Position numbers and translations under genes: made by a program. Under the pieces are notes generated by a model that saw only the letters and a list, made by a program, of their open reading frames with translations, had not been told where the DNA came from and did no database searches. From NCBI GenBank assembly GCA_003990765.1, contig RBNJ01000309.1, positions 1 through 33,456 on the forward strand: a stretch of 33,456 nucleotides of DNA, in the 5' to 3' direction. This DNA is from Jimgerdemannia flammicorona (lineage: Eukaryota). Below, piece after piece: positions 10,213-22,700 of the stretch. Position 1 is the first letter of the stretch; each line of letters opens with the position of its first letter.

Positions 10213-13200
10213 CTCATACTCAAGGCTTTTGTCAACCAAGCACCTGTCAAGATTATGATAGACAGTGGTGCCTCAGGCAACTTCATCAATGAAGAAACAG
10301 CCAACAGACTCAAGGTCTTCACCTCTCTAGTACAACAAACTCAAGCAGTTGCCACAGCTGATAGAATCACACATATCATTAGTAAGGAAGTCCACAACCT
10401 GCCCTTCCGAATTGGTGACTACTGAGTATATGTTACCCTCCAAATCATACCACTTCCTGACAATGAAATCATCCTTGGGACCCCATGGTTAAAATAAGAG
10501 AACCCAATGATCGATTGGGTAAACCATTCTCTGACCATCAAGAAAGGATGCCACAACTTCAAATCGCAAGGTGAGAAGGACCCACTCAGTTCCAGTGACT
10601 CTGGACCAAAGATCACCCACATCAACAAGTTACAACTCAAGAAATTGGCCAAGAAATGCCCTCTCTTTGTGATCTCCATCTACTCATCCAAAGGAGAACC
10701 CAAGAATTCTGAAGAAGACTTTTCCAAAGTTGACAGCTATATCAGACCACTACTCCAGAAATTCCAAGACATATTCCCAAAGAAGCTTCCAAAAGGCCTA
10801 CCTCCTAAACGAGCAGTAGACCATGCCATCAAGACCATCCCAGATGCCAAGCCAGCCTTTAAGTCAATCTACCACATATCTCCAAGAGAAATTGATGTAC
10901 TCAAGAAGGAAATCGATAAACTCCTAGAATAAGGATTCATCAGACCCAGTGTATCACCCTATGGTGCACCAGTCCTCTTTGTTGTAAAGAAAGGAGGGGA
11001 CCTGCGAATGTGTATTGATTACCGAGACCTCAATGAGCAGACCATCAAGAACTGTTGCTCACTCCCCAGAATCGATGAAATATTCGACAGGCTTACCAAC
11101 CCACAATTCATGAGCTCTTTTGACCTGCGAAATGGTTACTGGCAAATTGCCATGAAAGAAGAAGACATCTACAAGACAGCCTTCTGAACCTGCTATGGAC
11201 ACTTTGTATTCCTGGTTATGCCTTTTGGCTAAACTAATACTCCAGCAACCTTCCAGATACTGATGAATACCATCCTGCACCCATACCTGGACAAATTCAT
11301 TGTTGTCTACATTGATGACATCCTAGTCTTCAGCAAAACCCTGGAGGAATATCTCGAACACCTTGAACTAGTACTACTGAAACTCCGAGAAAACCGACTC
11401 TTTGCAAAACTCAGCAAATGTGAATTCCTCCTGAAGGAAATACAATTCCTTGGATACATTGTCACACTAAATAGAATCAAAGTGGACCCCAGCAAAATCT
11501 CTGCAATCAAGGATTGGCCCAGACACAAGAAGCTAAAAGACCTCCAGTCATTCCTGGGATTAGCAAACTATTACAGATGATTTGTTGCCAACTTTGCCAA
11601 AATCGCCACTGCCCTTACTCAAATGACCAAGCACAATAAGAAACAAGAACAACCCTGGACCATGAAACAAGAGAAAGACTTCAACAACCTTGTAAATTGG
11701 GGACCTGAACAAGATACAGCCTTTCGAGCACTGAAAGATGCCCTGATAACTACCCCAGTACTTCAAGCAGCAAATCCTGCCCTACTATATGAAGTTACCA
11801 CTGATGCTTCTGACCTAGCCCTTGGAGCCATGATGGACATCCTGTGGCCTATCACTCCCACAAGTTCAATGATGCTGAAATCAACTATGCAACTTATGAG
11901 AAGAAAATGTTAGCCATCATAGACACTCTGATCAAATGGCAACCATATCTAGAAGGAGCACACTTCACCGTATTGACTGACCACAAGTCATTAGTCAATA
12001 TCAAGACCCAGGCTACCCTTTCTCGAAAGCAAGCCAGATGGATGAAAGTCCTCACCAATTTTGACTACAAAATCCAGTACTGTCCTGGTAAGGAAAATAT
12101 TGTTCCTGATGCAATCTCCAGACCACCAATCGAAGAGGTTATCCAAACTCTCACCTTGGTTACAAACTCCATCATGGAACAAATTATCACAGCATGTGCC
12201 AATGATAAGGAAGCTCAAGCACTCCATGAAATCCTGAACAGTGATAATGCTGATAAATATACCCAGTATAATCAATACCAACTCAAGGACAATGCTATCT
12301 ACTACAAAGACAGACTGTATGTCCAAAACAACTGAGACCTCTGAAGGACTATCATATTCGAATGTCATGATGCCCCTACAGCCAGACATTTAGGATTTGG
12401 TAAATGTTATGAAGTTATCTCCTGAAACTTCTATTGGCCCCGCATAGCAGATCAGCTCAAAACCTACATCACTTCCTGTGATGCCTGCCAATGAAACAAG
12501 TCCTCAACACTAGCAAAACCTGGCTTACTATACTCTATCCCAGTACCATCTGCAAATTGGGAACAAATCTCTATGGACTTCATTGTATAACTACCCCAAA
12601 CCAAGAATGGGAAAGATGCAATTATTGTCTTTGTGGACTATCTCAGCAAACAAGTCCACTTCATGTCTACTGCCACTACTGCAACAGCACCAGACATAGC
12701 CACACTCTTATTTGATAATATCTTCTGCTACCATGGTTTTCCTAAGATCATTGTTAGTGACCGAGACCTGAAATTCACCAGCCATTTTTGGAAAGCCCCC
12801 CATGCACACCTTGGAACAAAACTTGCACTATCCATGGCCTTTCACCCAGAAACCGATGGCCAAACTGAAAGAATGAACCGAACACTAGAACAAATGCTAA
12901 GGAACTATGTTTCCTACAGACAAGATGATTGACATGAATACCTCACTGCAGTCGAGTTTGCCTATAACAATAGCAAGCAAGCCTATCTTGGAATGACCCC
13001 ATTCTTTGCCAATACTGGACAAAACCCAAACACCCCTTTGACACTCATCTGAACTACTGAAGAACCCTCCACAGTTGAAGCCATTGAAGAATTCCTGCTC
13101 TGAATGCGTAATCTAAGCCAGATCGCAATCGAGAACTTATCACAAGCTCCAGAACAACAGTCACAGTATGTTAACCAACACCACCGAGAAGAAACCTTTG

Positions 13201-13640
13201 ATATTGGAGAAAAAGTTCTTCTTGACATCCGAGGATACTGAGTTGACAGCCTCAAGCACAGACCATCTACAAAGCTGAACAGTAAGTTCATTGGACCATT
13301 TGAAGTCCTTGCACAAGTCTCTCTGACCTCCTACAAATTGGCACTACCAGACACTATTAAGATTCACCCAGTCTTCAATGTCCAATGTCTCAAGTGATAT
13401 AATAAGAATGATAATGAGCTATTTCCAAACTGGACTATCAAACTGCCTGCACCTGTCATTATTAATGACCAAGAAGAGTACGAAGTTGAACAAATCCTCA
13501 ACAAATGTGGCCACATGAACCACCCTGAGTATCTTGTCAAATGGAAAGGTTACCCAATCCATGATGCAACATAGGAACCCAAGACCAACCTCCAGAATGC
13601 TACTAACTTAGTTCAGGAATATAATTCCTTGAACAAATGA
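10213..13640 (+). pseudogene. pol: Pol of B: protease, RT, RNase H, integrase, chromodomain
   Basis: IDSGAS (D at 10261), YIDD (11308), TDASDLALGA, TDHKSL, integrase HH..CC, SDRD, FHPETDGQTERMNRTLEQ, GPF. Many stops and a frameshifting deletion at ~11830. Confidence 0.97.
13476..13640 (+). other. Integrase C-terminal chromodomain of B
   Basis: EYEVEQILNKCGHMNHPEYLVKWKGYPIHDAT*EPKTNLQNA, with aromatic-cage residues Y/W/Y. Confidence 0.93.
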
Positions 13641-13772
13641 GATCTGAATATCCCAACACCTATCAGTACATAGCATATAATACCCTCCTGAACATTATAA
13701 CTATCACGAACCTAATCAAGAACTCAGCAAGACAGAACAAAATTAGAAGGCCCGACGAGGATGTCGAAAGCT

Positions 13773-13785
13773 AAGAAGGAGAGAG
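13773..13785 (+). other. Polypurine tract of B
   Basis: AAGAAGGAGAGAG, 1 nt before the 3' LTR. Confidence 0.9.
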
Positions 13786-13786
13786 T

Positions 13787-15849
13787 TGTAAGCACACAAC
13801 CTCCAAGCCACTGGAACCCCACATCACCCCCTAAACAAGCCACCAAAATCACATGCAACCTCAAAACAAATCTGGAAATCACCTGCCTGATCACGAAGCT
13901 GAGTCAAACCGAAGTAACAGCATACAAAGCTAAGTCAATACAAAGTCATAGAATACAAGATTTATACAAATGGAATCTTACCAATCAGGACCAAATGCAT
14001 ATATACCGAGTACTGAGATGCATCGAAACAGAGAACCAAAACAAACAACAACCACAACTTCCAAACACACAAACATGACCACCGAGTTCTACAACTGCAT
14101 CCATGCTGACATTTGGAATGCCATTGTCAACCGAGCTATACCCCCTCTGCCCCTCATAAATATCCATAGCCTAGCACCCCTCTACTTCGTGGAAGCCTGA
14201 TGGAATGCTCTGATCATGCTTAGCGAGGCCAACCAAATTAGACAAATTTCAAGCTACTACCAGATTGGCTGCCTCCTGGAAGATATGGTCAAACACCACC
14301 ATGATACAGATATTACCAAAATATCTCAACACCTGAAGCTCATTGCCCGCAAACATCAAGAACTCTTCTACGAGTATAGTACCATTATTCCCCGCCTCTG
14401 AGTTACCACCAGTAAAATGGTTGCTACCCTGTCCTATGGCCAAATCGACAATATGATACAAGAACTCAACCATAAGTACCTTGAGTATGTCGAAACCACA
14501 GACAGAACCTTCCCACACCCCAATGATCACATCCTGCAAATGCCCCAAGTTGGATATGCCATGAAGGACATCTATGATATAATCCACTTTGATGAAGACA
14601 AAGCAGAAGACAATGATCCCTCTGACACCGACATGACCTCTAGCCAAGGATCCCTACCAACTCTGATTACACTGCCAACTCTGTTAATGAACTTACAACA
14701 GTTCATAACCACCTACGAGACTTATTGGGACAATGACCACTGGCATAAATACCAACCCGCGTTCACTCCTGATTACTTCAACTACAATGAAGAGACCAGA
14801 GAACACAACCTGTACCTTCAGACAACCCTCGAGATCGAATCAACCACTCTACCACCCAAGTATGAGTAACATAAACCACAGCTGCCAGCTTACTACAATC
14901 CTGCAACTCATAGTACTGTAACCTATAGAAGGTATGCAGACAGTGAATCTGATGAAAGTGAAGACAATGCACTCCTCCTGCACCCACCAACACCTTATCC
15001 AGTATATGAGACAGACAATGTGATCCTATAGAATGGAGATGAAGTCCCAATGTATCATTACCTTAGTGAACAAGGAGAAGTAATCCATGAACCACTCTTC
15101 CTAGATGACTACTTCATCAGAAGATGATGCAATTGATGGTAATGTCATCGAGAACTACCCAGACAGCACCTAAACCTATAAATAGCATAGCAGTTATAGT
15201 ATAGTTAGATTAGCCTTGTACGATGTGACTGTGAACTGACTCAGCAGTCAGACGATCTCTTGACATGTCAGATCACACTTGTACTACGTGACTGCATTCC
15301 GACTCAGTAAAGCACTTAGTACCATATCCATATTCAGTATAGCCCAGATAGCCCCTCACTAGTATAAATACCTGCTCCCCCAGATCTCAGAATCTCAGAC
15401 TCAAACACACAAGAATATTCCTGAATACTTCCCCACAATATCCCTTTACACAACTACTTCTAGTATAGCAATATCATAAATAGCAAATAATCCTATTCAA
15501 TAACCCACAAACCACCCTTAAGTAAATCTACTCCCTGTTAGGTCCTACTCCTAACTCCCTCACAAAATTTCCTAATTGGGTATTGTCTGCAGTGATATGC
15601 CAATTCAACTAAGCTGGTCTTAGTTTCTTGAACTTCCTGAAATATGGAAATCCTGAACATCCAGAACTAGTCCGAAAAAAGGACTTTGGTTGAGACATCA
15701 ACCTGATCTTGAAATCAATAAGCATAGAGGACATACTCCATATGAAATTGATCTCGACCATAAGAAAACAGTCTTTCAGAATATCCAGAACTTCAAGAAA
15801 ACCCTTCTAGAACTATGTAATGGTTACCCTAAAAAGCAACCCTCTTACA
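13787..15849 (+). repeat. 3' LTR of element B
   Basis: Direct repeat of 5493-7555, followed by TSD GTCTC. Confidence 0.96.
14075..15173 (+). pseudogene. LTR(U3)-encoded accessory ORF, B 3' LTR copy
   Basis: In-frame pieces 13970-14200, 14216-14401 and 14417-14869. Confidence 0.75.
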
Positions 15850-17002
15850 GTCTCTTTCTCTACTACCTTACTGATCACAAGGTTTGGTAGGCAACCTTCT
15901 AAGTTCCCTTTCCTCTATTATTACCCCCTCTACCTCAGGTTGGTTTGCTGTGCCTGCAGGGGCATAGTTGAAGGGAGGCAATAGTGATGAGTTGTACTTT
16001 TATCAGTGTCCAATTGGTGTCTTCTTTACTTTTTCACAGTTTCTGGTGCCTTTAGCTACATCTGGAGTATATCTGTTTTGATTTCCTTTTGCCATTGCCA
16101 ACAAGATACTGTCTCAGTATGTCTTGGGCTCTGTAGAGAGTCAGCCAACCTTAGGCATTGAGTGCTCAGTATAGATTACCTGTAAGTCCTCAGTGTCTGT
16201 GGTAGAGCTCTCTGGCTTTGGCAAGCTTCCCGGTGGGCATGGTTCTGACATAGGTGACTGTTTTTTGGATGATATTGGAATGGGAGGCGAGATGGCCATC
16301 ACAGATAGGAGGAAGGGTAATTATGGTAAACCAGTAGGGTGCTAGACTGGAGGCAGCTGTTGGAGCTGGGGTAGGTGCTCTTCAGTGGGGCCTTTTGATT
16401 GGTGTAGTGTGGTTAGGTAGTAGGTGCCACTCTCAGCTTCTTTAGGTGGTCAGGCAGATTAGGCCCCAGTCATTAGAGGTCGGGGGGCCTGAGGCTACCC
16501 ATTTCAGATATCTTGGCTACACTTAACTAGAACCAGGAGCTGATATAGCAATGTGATCAAGGCCTATAGGCTTGAGTAGTGGAGTATTGGGGATCTCCTA
16601 CTGCCTCATGTGTAAGTCCTTTACTTACTTTAACTGAGAGAACCAGACCCTGCCCACCATGTTGTACTTTGAGGAGGGTTTTTTTTTATCTGTCATTCTC
16701 TTTGGGGTGGCAGAGGCTATTCTATTTGGCTTGGGTATATGTTGGGATTCAGGCATATGCTTTCAGTCATTGGCATATGGTTGGGTTTCCCCTGGTGGTA
16801 GGGAGAGTATGGTGTGCAGAATGAGGTATGGACCATTCTGGCCCTACTGTATCTGACATAGTCGAGCTGCTAGACAATAGCTAGTCTAGGTTAATGGGGA
16901 GACAGTGCTTGGTAGATAGTGAGGGAGGGTTTTGGTCTATATAGTCTAGGTTCTCTTTCAATAAAAATCCATGGGACATGAGTCTGTTAAAAAAAAAAAA
17001 AA
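15850..17002 (+). mobile_element. Retroposon X, copy X2 (full length; first ~13 nt at 5480-5492)
   Basis: AATAAA at 16960, A-tail 16989-17002, 15-bp TSD TATAGTTCTGATATA at 5465-5479 and 17003-17017. Confidence 0.85.
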
Positions 17003-17327
17003 TATAGTTCTGATATAGGTGACGGCTTTTTAGGTATTGTTGGGATAGGAGGGGAGATTGCCATTACAGATAAGAGGAAGGGTAATAATGTTAAATTACT
17101 AAAGTACTAGGCTTGGGGTAGTCATCAGAGCAGGGGTGAGTACTGCTTTGGTAGAGTCTTTTGATTGGTATGGAGCAGTTAGGTGATAGATATCGCTCTC
17201 AGCTTCTTTTGGTGATTTAGCAAGTTAGGTCTCAGTCATTGTGGGGGTTCAGAGAGCTTGAGGCTACTTATTTCAGATATCTTAGCTATACTTAACTAGA
17301 ATTAGAAGCTGATATAGCAATATATAA
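17003..17327 (+). repeat. Retroposon X, copy X1, middle fragment
   Basis: Homologous to ~16238-16552; interrupted by element C. Confidence 0.85.
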
Positions 17328-17468
17328 TGTGATATCTACAATTGACTCTGTCCAAATTTGGAGTACCCTGTGACCACAAGATCAGACGACATTATGGTGC
17401 GATAACTGGTGACCAGCCCACTCCGTCAAGTGATTTTACCAAAAGAAGACAAGATGACCTAAGCCAAA

Positions 17469-18524
17469 ATGAAGACCATGTTATTTAAGGAACCATACTC
17501 CGCCTCAGGGATCAGCACTAAAGAACCAAGTACCCACCACACAATGCCTCCCATTCGTCGATCCAACCAGACCTCCCACTGCTCTACCCCTTTGCCTGGC
17601 CCAAAGACCCTGATCTTTGAAGCTATCAAGAAGGCCATCTGGTGCCCAGACACTTCCGAACACTTGAACTTCTACACTGAGGACCTTGGACACTTCATCA
17701 ACTACCGGTATATAATGACCCAACAGCTCAAAGATACTACTGAACGAATGACCCTCTGGCATGACTATGAAATCGGACACCGCCTTTGCAATGAGACTCA
17801 AGAAGGTGACCAGGAAGACCTCATTGCCAAAATGTTAACCACCAGCCGGCTAATCAAGAGAGCCCTTGATGTCCACCAAATCTTTCACCATATTCCCTGG
17901 GCTATAGCACACTTGCAAGGAGTAACAGCTGGTAGCCTCTCCCACCTATCAACTGAAGATGCTGACTGGATAGAATCTGAAGTAGCCAACTCTATTGGCA
18001 GCAACCGCGTTGCCGTAGGAAGCCAACAAACTGAACCTACTCAGCCAGGTTTTCACACTACCCCACTCTGAGACAACCATCAAGGTCACCTAATGAGTCT
18101 TATGGAGATATTTGAAGGACTGCCCATTACTATAGAAGCACCCATTGGAGCTAACCCAACCACCCACCATCCAGTCAGCCACAATTCACATCTCATCATT
18201 TGGGAACCGAATCAAGAAGAAGCCCAAGAAGTCTCTGTCTTTGAAGAGGAAGCCCAAGAACTCCAAGACCCTGCCCCTGAAGAAACCCCCTCTGACACTG
18301 AAACTGACAAGTTATCAGAAGAAGAAGAGGAGCAACAGAGAGTCTACCAGTCCTCTGTCCGCGATCAAGCTGTTCAAGGGTTGGAGAATGTTGTTGAAGA
18401 TGACTGGCCACTTTTCTACCCCCTCACCTCTTGGCTGGCACTCCCCCCCTTTGAGGAGAAATATGATGAAGAAGAAATCGCAACCCAGCAAGATTTGCCC
18501 GCTGCAGGGTACTATTCCCTCTAG
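17469..18524 (+). pseudogene. LTR(U3)-encoded accessory ORF of C, 5' copy (351 codons; alternative start 17544)
   Basis: ORFs 17469-18071 and 18093-18524 are in frame, separated by one TGA that is CGA in the 3' LTR. Confidence 0.85.
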
Positions 18525-18560
18525 AGTACCACCCATCAGCTGTGAGAATCAAGCTTTTAG

Positions 18561-18815
18561 TCAGCAAGTCCGTTTTCAGCATTGCCACCCTCCACAACCA
18601 TTTCTGGCAACAATCATCATATCATGTCAGCTCATCTGTTTCCAGTGTTGCTACCCAGTATGAGCATTTTCAGCATTTTTATCAGCAAGTCCATTTTCAG
18701 CGTTGCCACCCTCCACAACCGTTTCTGGCAACAATCATTGTATCATGTCAGCTCATCCGAATCCAGCATTGCTACCCTGCACAACTGTATCCAGCATTGC
18801 TATCCCCTACAACCT
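18561..18815 (+). repeat. U3 tandem repeat (121-bp period) with reiterated CAGCRTTGCYAYCC motif
   Basis: Units start at 18561 and 18682; short motif about 5 times; mirrored at ~28899-29153. Confidence 0.85.
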
Positions 18816-18923
18816 AATCCATAGTAAACAATAGCCTGCACCTTGCATCGTGCAAGCCAATAGTATAGCAAATGTTTGCCACAATATAGTATATCTTAGC
18901 CGCACCCATAGCTAGCAAACTGG

Positions 18924-18931
18924 TATAAATA
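18924..18931 (+). promoter_or_regulatory. TATA box, LTR C
   Basis: TATAAATA conserved at 29262; AATAAA at 18950. Confidence 0.6.
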
Positions 18932-19003
18932 ACCCATATTCTTAGAGTAAATAAACCTCAGTCAGTTGAAGTTCGAAGTAAAAAGAGTTACAGAGAAACC
19001 CCT

Positions 19004-19400
19004 CACTGCCTTCAAGAGACTGGATAATTCTGAGAATAAGATAACTAGAGCAACAATCGCTCGAGGTTTGAGATAAAGAATTTTCTCTTGCCACGGAAAG
19101 AAAACGTTACCCGACCGCTGCCCGAATTTCAAGTTTTGCTGCCACAAAAAGGATTCAAGACCATGGACCACCCGCAAGTCAACTGGTTTTGAGAAAAGAA
19201 ACCACTGCCTCCAAGAGACTGGAAAATTCTGAGAACAAGATAACTACCTAGAGCAACAGATTGCTCAGAAGTTTGAGTTAAGGAATTTCTCTTGCCACAG
19301 AAAGAAAATGTTACCCGACTGCCACCATTCGAGACCCAGAAACCCAAGGATTCAAGACTACAACTGCCGCGCATTTGACCGCCATTCGAGATTCGAGACC
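19004..19400 (+). repeat. ~199-bp imperfect tandem duplication in R/U5 of LTR C
   Basis: CACTGCCTyCAAGAGACTGGA...TTCTCTTGCCACrGAAAGAAAAyGTTACCCGAC starts at 19004 and 19203; present in both LTRs. Confidence 0.85.
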
Positions 19401-19787
19401 TGGAAACCTCAGGATACCCAGCCAAAGGATACTAGACCGTCTGCCAGAACCCTTTCAAGTTAACAAGTCAAGACGGACAAGTGAGCCATTGACTTCCATT
19501 TTCTTTACCTACTGCACCATGAACTGCTTAAAGTCAAGACCGTCACTGAGTTTGCTGCCAAGTTAATTGCCACCAGGAATGCCCTTATCCACTAAACAAT
19601 TGAGCCACCATCATTGAACAATTGAAGTCCCGCTATTATCAATTACTGTACGAAATGAACGTACTGATCACATGACCATCGACCCGCGAACATCACCAAA
19701 GCCTTCAGTTATATATCGTGCGCTTCTCCAAGTGGCACATTGAGCCATGCTAGAAGCAATAAGAGATACCTAACCAACGCCACATTT

Positions 19788-19805
19788 TGGGGGCTCAACT
19801 GGGAA
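19788..19805 (+). other. Primer-binding site, tRNA-Pro type
   Basis: TGGGGGCTCAACTGGGAA resembles the tRNA-Pro PBS of MLV (TGGGGGCTCGTCCGGGAT). Confidence 0.8.
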
Positions 19806-19853
19806 AGTTTTCAAAAGACTTGACCATTTGGCTCAAGAACTCAGCTATCTATA

Positions 19854-21838
19854 GTGGAGAACTTAGCAGGACTAAGTCAGCAACCAAACCAGGGGCAGCA
19901 ACAGCCCTCCTCAGCAGAAAAGAAAGCCCACACCCTTGTCAGAACAGTAGCCAGGACCCTATTCAACACCAGTAGCCAGAAAACTGAATCAGAAGAAAGA
20001 AGTGATCCAGATTATGGTTTGACTTCAAGAGAAAGGAGACGACTCAGAGGACAACCAGAACTGCCCCTTCAGATCCAAGACTTAGGCCAAGAAGAAGAAG
20101 AGGATATCCCCGAGAAGTATCAGACCCTTATCCATAGGAAGAACTCAGACAGAAGTGACTACATAACTACTGTTGTTACTCGAGTCACTCCACTAGACTG
20201 GGTGTACTTTGAAACATCAGAAGGAGAAGAGGACTATCATCCATATCAACCAGAGCAAGACAACAATTGGGGATCAGACCACCAAAGAGACGAATTCAAC
20301 CTATACTATTATCCAGACAGCGACACAAACCCACAACAAGATGAACAAGACCTCACTACTTCACAACAGCAAGGGGCAGATGAACTCACTATCAGTTATA
20401 TCAGTCCACTCCCACCATCAGTTGCTTGAACTTCAGTACCCTGGTCACTTACACCTCGCCACTATCACTAGTCAATCAGAAGATCTCCACCACTACCCAG
20501 GACTTCAACCCCAGCATTAATTAGAAGAGCCAGATTACCCTCACCCTCACCAAGACACCGCCCTCTGCCAGCACCACTAGATCATCAAGTACTAGTACCA
20601 CCACCTTCCCCACCACCCCAAGGATCCACTAGATCCCCCACCCCTGAACAATACTCAGATAGTGAAGACGAGCCAGACATGAGCTACCTTCAGAAGTTCC
20701 ATGGTGCAGACAATGAAGATATCGAGGAATTCTTTGGAGAAATTGAAGTTCAAGCAGCCACCAAACAATGGGATGCTGCAAGAAAACTCAGAATCGTGGA
20801 GTCACTCTTGAGAGGACCAGCCCTACAGAGGTATAATCAAGTCAAGCAAGCTGGAGGAGAAATCCATGCAGAGGAACTGAATGACGGCCTTCAACCTGAT
20901 AGAAACCATGTAGCAAGATACATGATTTACAAAGCCTGGCTCTGTGCCCAGTTCAATGGATTCGAGCACCACGAGAAGCACAGGAGGCTTTGATCTACAT
21001 GAGCCAAGCTGCCATTGAAACTCCCAAGAGTTTCTACCATCGGATTCAAGCTCAAATGATCAAGGCGAACCTTCAACCAGCAGTCCAACTGGCTCTAGCT
21101 TCAACTACCTTCCTCAATGGCTTATACTCCGAACTCCGAAGGCAAGTTATCAGGATGGGATATTGAAACATTGAACAGCAAGTTGCTGGAGCACAAGGAT
21201 GTTGGGAAGCAGATTATAGACCAGTACAACAAGTACAAGGCTATCCTGAGCCAATCTGAGCTGAAACCCCAAGGACTCGAGGAACAACCATGGAGCAAGA
21301 GAATGCCTTCCTCAGAGCCCAGATAGCCAACTATGAGAACAGACCAGCACCCACAAATCCGACTCCATTCAGGCAACCACAGCAGCAGCCACCATCAAGA
21401 GTTCAAGAAGACCCCATGACAATGCTCACCAAGCAAATGAAGGACCTGGCCATTGCGGTTGCCCAGCTGAACAACCAAGGTAGAAGACAACAAGACTACC
21501 ATTGTGATAACAGACCAGACTACTGGCAACAAGACAACAGAGGTCCTGCCCCCACACTACCAGCTGTAACTACAGTCTCATCAGCGACTGGTTCCTATGG
21601 TCCCACCTGCTTCAACTGCAGAAATCAAGGCCACATCCAGAGGAATTGTCCAAGAAACCAATCCACCACCCAGTCTAATGACAGAAATGTCAACCTCTTT
21701 CAGGTAGATAAAGAGACTCAGGAAATGGAAGAAGAAGCAGCCTGGCTCCATGGTCAAGAAGATGACATCTACCCATACTTTGAGGCTTTTCCATCCAAGG
21801 TGATATGGGAAGCTGTCTCCGCAGAGACCAGAGGATGA
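19854..21838 (+). pseudogene. gag: Gag of C with acidic/Pro-rich N-terminal extension and CCHC knuckle
   Basis: LQKFHGADNEDIEEFFGEIEVQAATKQW..LLRGPALQRY from 20679; frameshift ~21000; CFNCRNQGHIQRNC at 21608-21649. Confidence 0.87.
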
Positions 21839-22339
21839 GGAAGACCATGAAGGAACCCCCCACCTCAACTGCCAGTAATAGTATCCACAGGCAAGCATCC
21901 GTGACATGGCCATTCTTCTTCAGATACTCCAAAAGAATAGGAAAAGCAAGTTAGAAGAGATACTCCTGAACCTGAAGCCAGACCATCTAAGATAACCCCC
22001 AGCTCTACCCTGCCAGACCTTGAAGAAGACGAGCATATGAGCATAGAATCTTCAGCTGACGAAATACCCAACAGGAATGAGAGACTATACTCCAAGGGAC
22101 TAAGACACCGAAGAAGCAGCAAGCCCCATGCAGCAGCCTCACTTTGGGAACATATCCACCTACAGAATGCTGGTCTTACAGTTGAGCAAGTCCTCAAGAA
22201 TGCACCAGAGGTCAGGCAAAAATTCCTGAAAGAAGCCAAGGAAGATACCAAGAGACTTCCAGTCCAAGGACCACACACTCAAGAATCTAGTACTATCTAC
22301 ACAGTCCATGAGAGCCAGCATCATGAACATCAATCTACA

Positions 22340-22700
22340 AGACTCGCCAATGGAAAAGTGCATGGTGAAAGTGCCAGAATTCTCATCGATACTGGAGCAG
22401 CAGTATGCATCATCACCCAAAGGATGTTGGAGCGAATTGGATGTAGAATAGATGAAGAAACCAAAGCAAGAGTTATCATGGCTGACGGATCAGCTTCCAC
22501 ACCTCTTGGACTTGTCAGAGACATCCCTATTCAAGTCGGAAAGGCCTGCCTCAATGTACCCAAAGCTGTCGTGACTCCCGCAACCTCCTATGACCTAATC
22601 CTGGAAACTGACTGGTTAAGCCGAGTTGGAGCTAATGTAGATATCAAGAAACCACTCCTGGTCTTCTCCATTCATGGACAGAAGTACAAGGTACCCATAG
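22340..22700 (+). pseudogene. Aspartic protease of C
   Basis: ILIDTGAAVCII (D at 22388), MADGS, YDLILETDWL. Confidence 0.93.

Larger units (their letters stand above)
5493..15849 (+). mobile_element. Full-length Ty3/Gypsy chromovirus-type LTR retrotransposon B (inactivated)
   Basis: Two 2063-bp LTRs (TGTAAG...CTTACA), TSD GTCTC at 5488-5492 and 15850-15854, PBS, PPT, domain order PR-RT-RH-INT-chromodomain. Confidence 0.97.
17328..19784 (+). repeat. 5' LTR of element C
   Basis: Direct repeat of 27666-30122, same length. Confidence 0.96.

Noticed and set aside
16579..16856. Short ORFs in retroposon X (also 32116-32316, 32359-32682, 32618-32824)
   Set aside because: Not conserved between the four copies.
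15850..17002. X as a tRNA-derived SINE, Penelope pLTR or hammerhead retrozyme
   Set aside because: By eye I found no A/B boxes or CUGAUGA..GAAA core. The poly(A) tail with AATAAA and 15-bp TSD fit LINE-mediated insertion better. An Rfam search is still needed.
17469..18524. LTR ORF as an env gene
   Set aside because: No signal peptide, transmembrane segment or clear furin/fusion motif; it is acidic and lies inside the LTR.
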